The notes under the pieces were generated by a model. It searched no databases and was not told the origin of the DNA. It worked only from the letters and a program-made list of their open reading frames with translations. Both the position numbers and the translations under genes were made by a program. 64,000 nt of DNA, from assembly GCF_036321535.1 (NCBI RefSeq), contig NC_087464.1, positions 23,188,001 through 23,252,000 on the forward strand, read 5' to 3'. This document shows, in pieces, positions 61,487 to 64,000 of this stretch. Position 1 is the stretch's first letter. Every line of letters begins with the position of its first letter. The DNA comes from Camelus dromedarius (Eukaryota).

Positions 61487-62030
61487 CATTCCTTCCTTCA
61501 TCACTCACCTGTCACATATTTATTGAGAATGTGCTAAATGCCGCAGGCTGTTCTGAGGGCTGGAGATACATCCGAGAACGAGATAAGAATTACTTTGCCT
61601 TTGTAGAACTGACATTCTGGTAACGGGAAGACTGCAAACAAATATAATAAGTAAATCACATAGTAAGTTGAAAGGTAAGTGCTACAAAAAGTAAGGGGAG
61701 TGGGTGGGAGTGCAAGGCAGTTTGTAGAATTTAAAAGGTTGTCTAGTTATGGCTCATTGAGAAGATGAGTTGGGAGCTCAGACTTGGAAGTGAAGAGAGA
61801 ATGTTCTGGGCAGAAGATACAGCTAGAGCAAAGGCCCTGAGGTGGGAACGTGGAGATGTGCCTGTCATATTCTGGAGTAAATAGCAAAGAGGCCAGAGTG
61901 GCTGGAGCAGAGTAAGCAGGATGGGCTGTCGCAAATGAGGTGGCTGGAGAAGAAAGGCAGCAGGCAGAACTTTGTAGGCTATTGTGAGGACTTCGGGTTT
62001 TCATTAGCAGGTTTGAGCAAAGAATTGCTG
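61487..62030 (-). mobile_element. L2 LINE 3' region
   Basis: cattccttccttcatcactca...atatttattgag...gggctggagataca... and caaaggccctgaggtgggaacg...gaggccagagtggctggagcagagt. Confidence 0.75.
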
Positions 62031-63614
62031 TGATCTCAGCAGGAATTCACCAATGCTTATGATGATGGCAAATGTCACATGCAAAGCCCTTAATCTGTCT
62101 GAGTTTCTTCCTCTGTAAACTGGGGATAATAATGCTGGGCTGACCGGCTTGTTGGAGGGTCAGATGGGATGATGTGGGACTCAGGAAGGCAGTCAGTTCT
62201 TGGTGCTCCTCTGACTCTCCCTGACTTAAGAACTGCAGGACTCAAACCCCAGCTTCTCCTTCAGACTGAGCTGCTCACAAGTCACAGACAGAAAAGTCAG
62301 GGGAAGTCACCAGGAGCTCTGCATGGCGAAGGCTGGGCTGAGCCTTGACCGTGAAGTAATCTTTCTATATACTGTGGAGAAAGAATCTGACAACTGGACC
62401 TCCTCAGTCAACAGCCCAGGAAGAGGGCAGCCAGCCAGAGGGGCCCCGGAACATAACAGCCAAAGCTCCAGGGAACCTGGAGTGAGGATCTACAGTCCTG
62501 AGTCTGCCTTCCCTTCCCCGCCTTCCCCACTGTCCCCACAGCCTCTACCACCCATGTCCAGGGGAAAGAGGGGCTGCTGTTTCCTCTGCAATGTTCTGCC
62601 CAACTGTGGACATTGACATCCCCAAGGATTCCCTGGCTCAAATAAGTCAGCCTGCATTTCAAAGGAAGATTCACCATACACCAAGGAATAATAAAACAGA
62701 AAACACAAGAACCATACAAACAGCATATCTCACATAACCTCCTACCTTTGAACCCCCTCATCCCTTCTCCCCGGACCCCTCCTAGCCATATGAACCTTCT
62801 GAGAGAAGAATGAGGGATTAGTCTAGGCACAGGGGGTTCTTGAAGCACCTCGCACTACCACCATTTCTGAAGTCCAAGTCACTTTCTCATAGTATCTCTG
62901 CCTAGAGAAGGGAGGACGTAGATTGTTGGGACAGGCAGAGCCCCCACCCCACACCACCCTCCCTACACACAGAAAAATATATCTGTAAGGGAAACTAGGG
63001 TGTTTGGGGGAACCTAGAACCTTTCACCCTTAACTCTCGCTTGTTAAGCTGTAATAGAACTGATCACACTTTATTATCTAGTGATGATCTGCTTTCCTCT
63101 CTCTCTCCTTCTAGACCGTGTTTAATTCAGCTTCACATTTCTGTCAGTGCCAAGTTGAGGGCTCCAGCTGTAATAGCAGCTAACATTCATTGTTTGTCAT
63201 GTACTAAACACTGTGCTAGCCCTTTTCAAGAATTCTCTCACTTCATTCTCAAGACAAGCCAATGAGGTAGGTACTGCCATTAGCCCCATTTTTGAGATGA
63301 GAAAAATGGATCTCAGAGAGGTTAACTGGTCCAAGAGCAAAGAGTTGCAACCTGCTATACATCTTCCCTTGTTGAATAAGTGAATGAGTGAATAAATGCA
63401 TGATGTCGCTTCCACAGGGAAGCAGACAGATCTCAGGGGTCTTCAGAGACAGATGAGTGGGAAAGCATCAAACTGAAGATATCAAATTCCATTCTTTCTT
63501 CACCAATCCATCAATGTACTCGGCTGGGCAGATGAGGAGGAGGCAGGACAGCCTTATGTTGTGTGGACTGCTCTCCTCTTAGGCTGCAGACTGCAAAGAT
63601 CTCTGTATGCTGCC

Positions 63615-64000
63615 TGTGATGCTGTGACATAACTGGCTCCTGACCAGAGCTCCTAAAACCGTTGTAATTTCCTAAACAGTAAGAGTGCTAGGGGCATCTT
63701 TGGTTCTAATATTTGGTCTTTGACCCTGGTTCCTGACAAAGAGTTCCTAAGTTCCTTGGAATTTCCCAGGTGATCGGAGCATTTTTTGTCCTAATGAGGC
63801 AACTGTTGGTGGGCTCCCAGGTTGCTGCAGGATAGGGGATGGTCACTAGAAAGACTAAGCCATGGTTAGAAGCTTGGAACCTTCAGCCACATCTCCCATC
63901 CTACAGGGAGGGGAGAGACTGAGTTAACAATCATCATGCCTACATGGTGAAGCCTCCATAAAAATCCCTGAACTACTAGGTTTAGAGAGCTTCCAGGTTG
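63615..64000. mobile_element. MER21-like ERVL LTR (runs off the window end)
   Basis: gagctcctaaaacc...ggaatttcccaggtgat...ggtcactagaaagactaagccatg...aatcatcatgcctacatggtgaagcctccataaaaatcc. Confidence 0.7.

Overview
Eukaryotic (mammalian) genomic DNA. The source is very probably a camelid, judged from eight copies of a tRNA-Ala(AGC)-derived SINE (vic-1-like) and cetartiodactyl-type L1 ends. The window corresponds to the human 15q24 gene block, in reverse orientation. From left to right it holds: the CpG-island promoter and probable non-coding exon 1 of SCAMP5 (-, identified mainly by synteny); intronless RPP25 (+, 200 aa); COX5A (+, 4 coding exons, 152 aa, plus a 3'UTR exon); FAM219B (+, 5 exons, 193 aa); and MPI (-, 8 exons, 423 aa). 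All exon boundaries were read from splice sites and reading frame. The rest is L1, L2, MIR, MaLR/ERVL LTRs and DNA-transposon fossils. Nine N-runs of 128-186 nt interrupt the sequence. Two of them lie inside coding exons and preserve the orthologous length exactly, so they behave as masks rather than unknown-size gaps. I found no credible new gene system, CRISPR array or genuine RNA gene. The best observations are regulatory and RNA-processing details: (1) a REST/RE1 site with an extra half-site beside triple BANP motifs at the SCAMP5 promoter; (2) a GC-AG intron with a NAGNAG acceptor and a recursive-splice-like exon in FAM219B; (3) a duplicated in-frame splice donor next to the MPI active site; (4) interlocking convergent poly(A) signals between FAM219B and MPI; (5) an RPP25 uORF; and (6) several unusual retrotransposition footprints. 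Orthologue comparisons and repeat-family names are from memory, not from searches.
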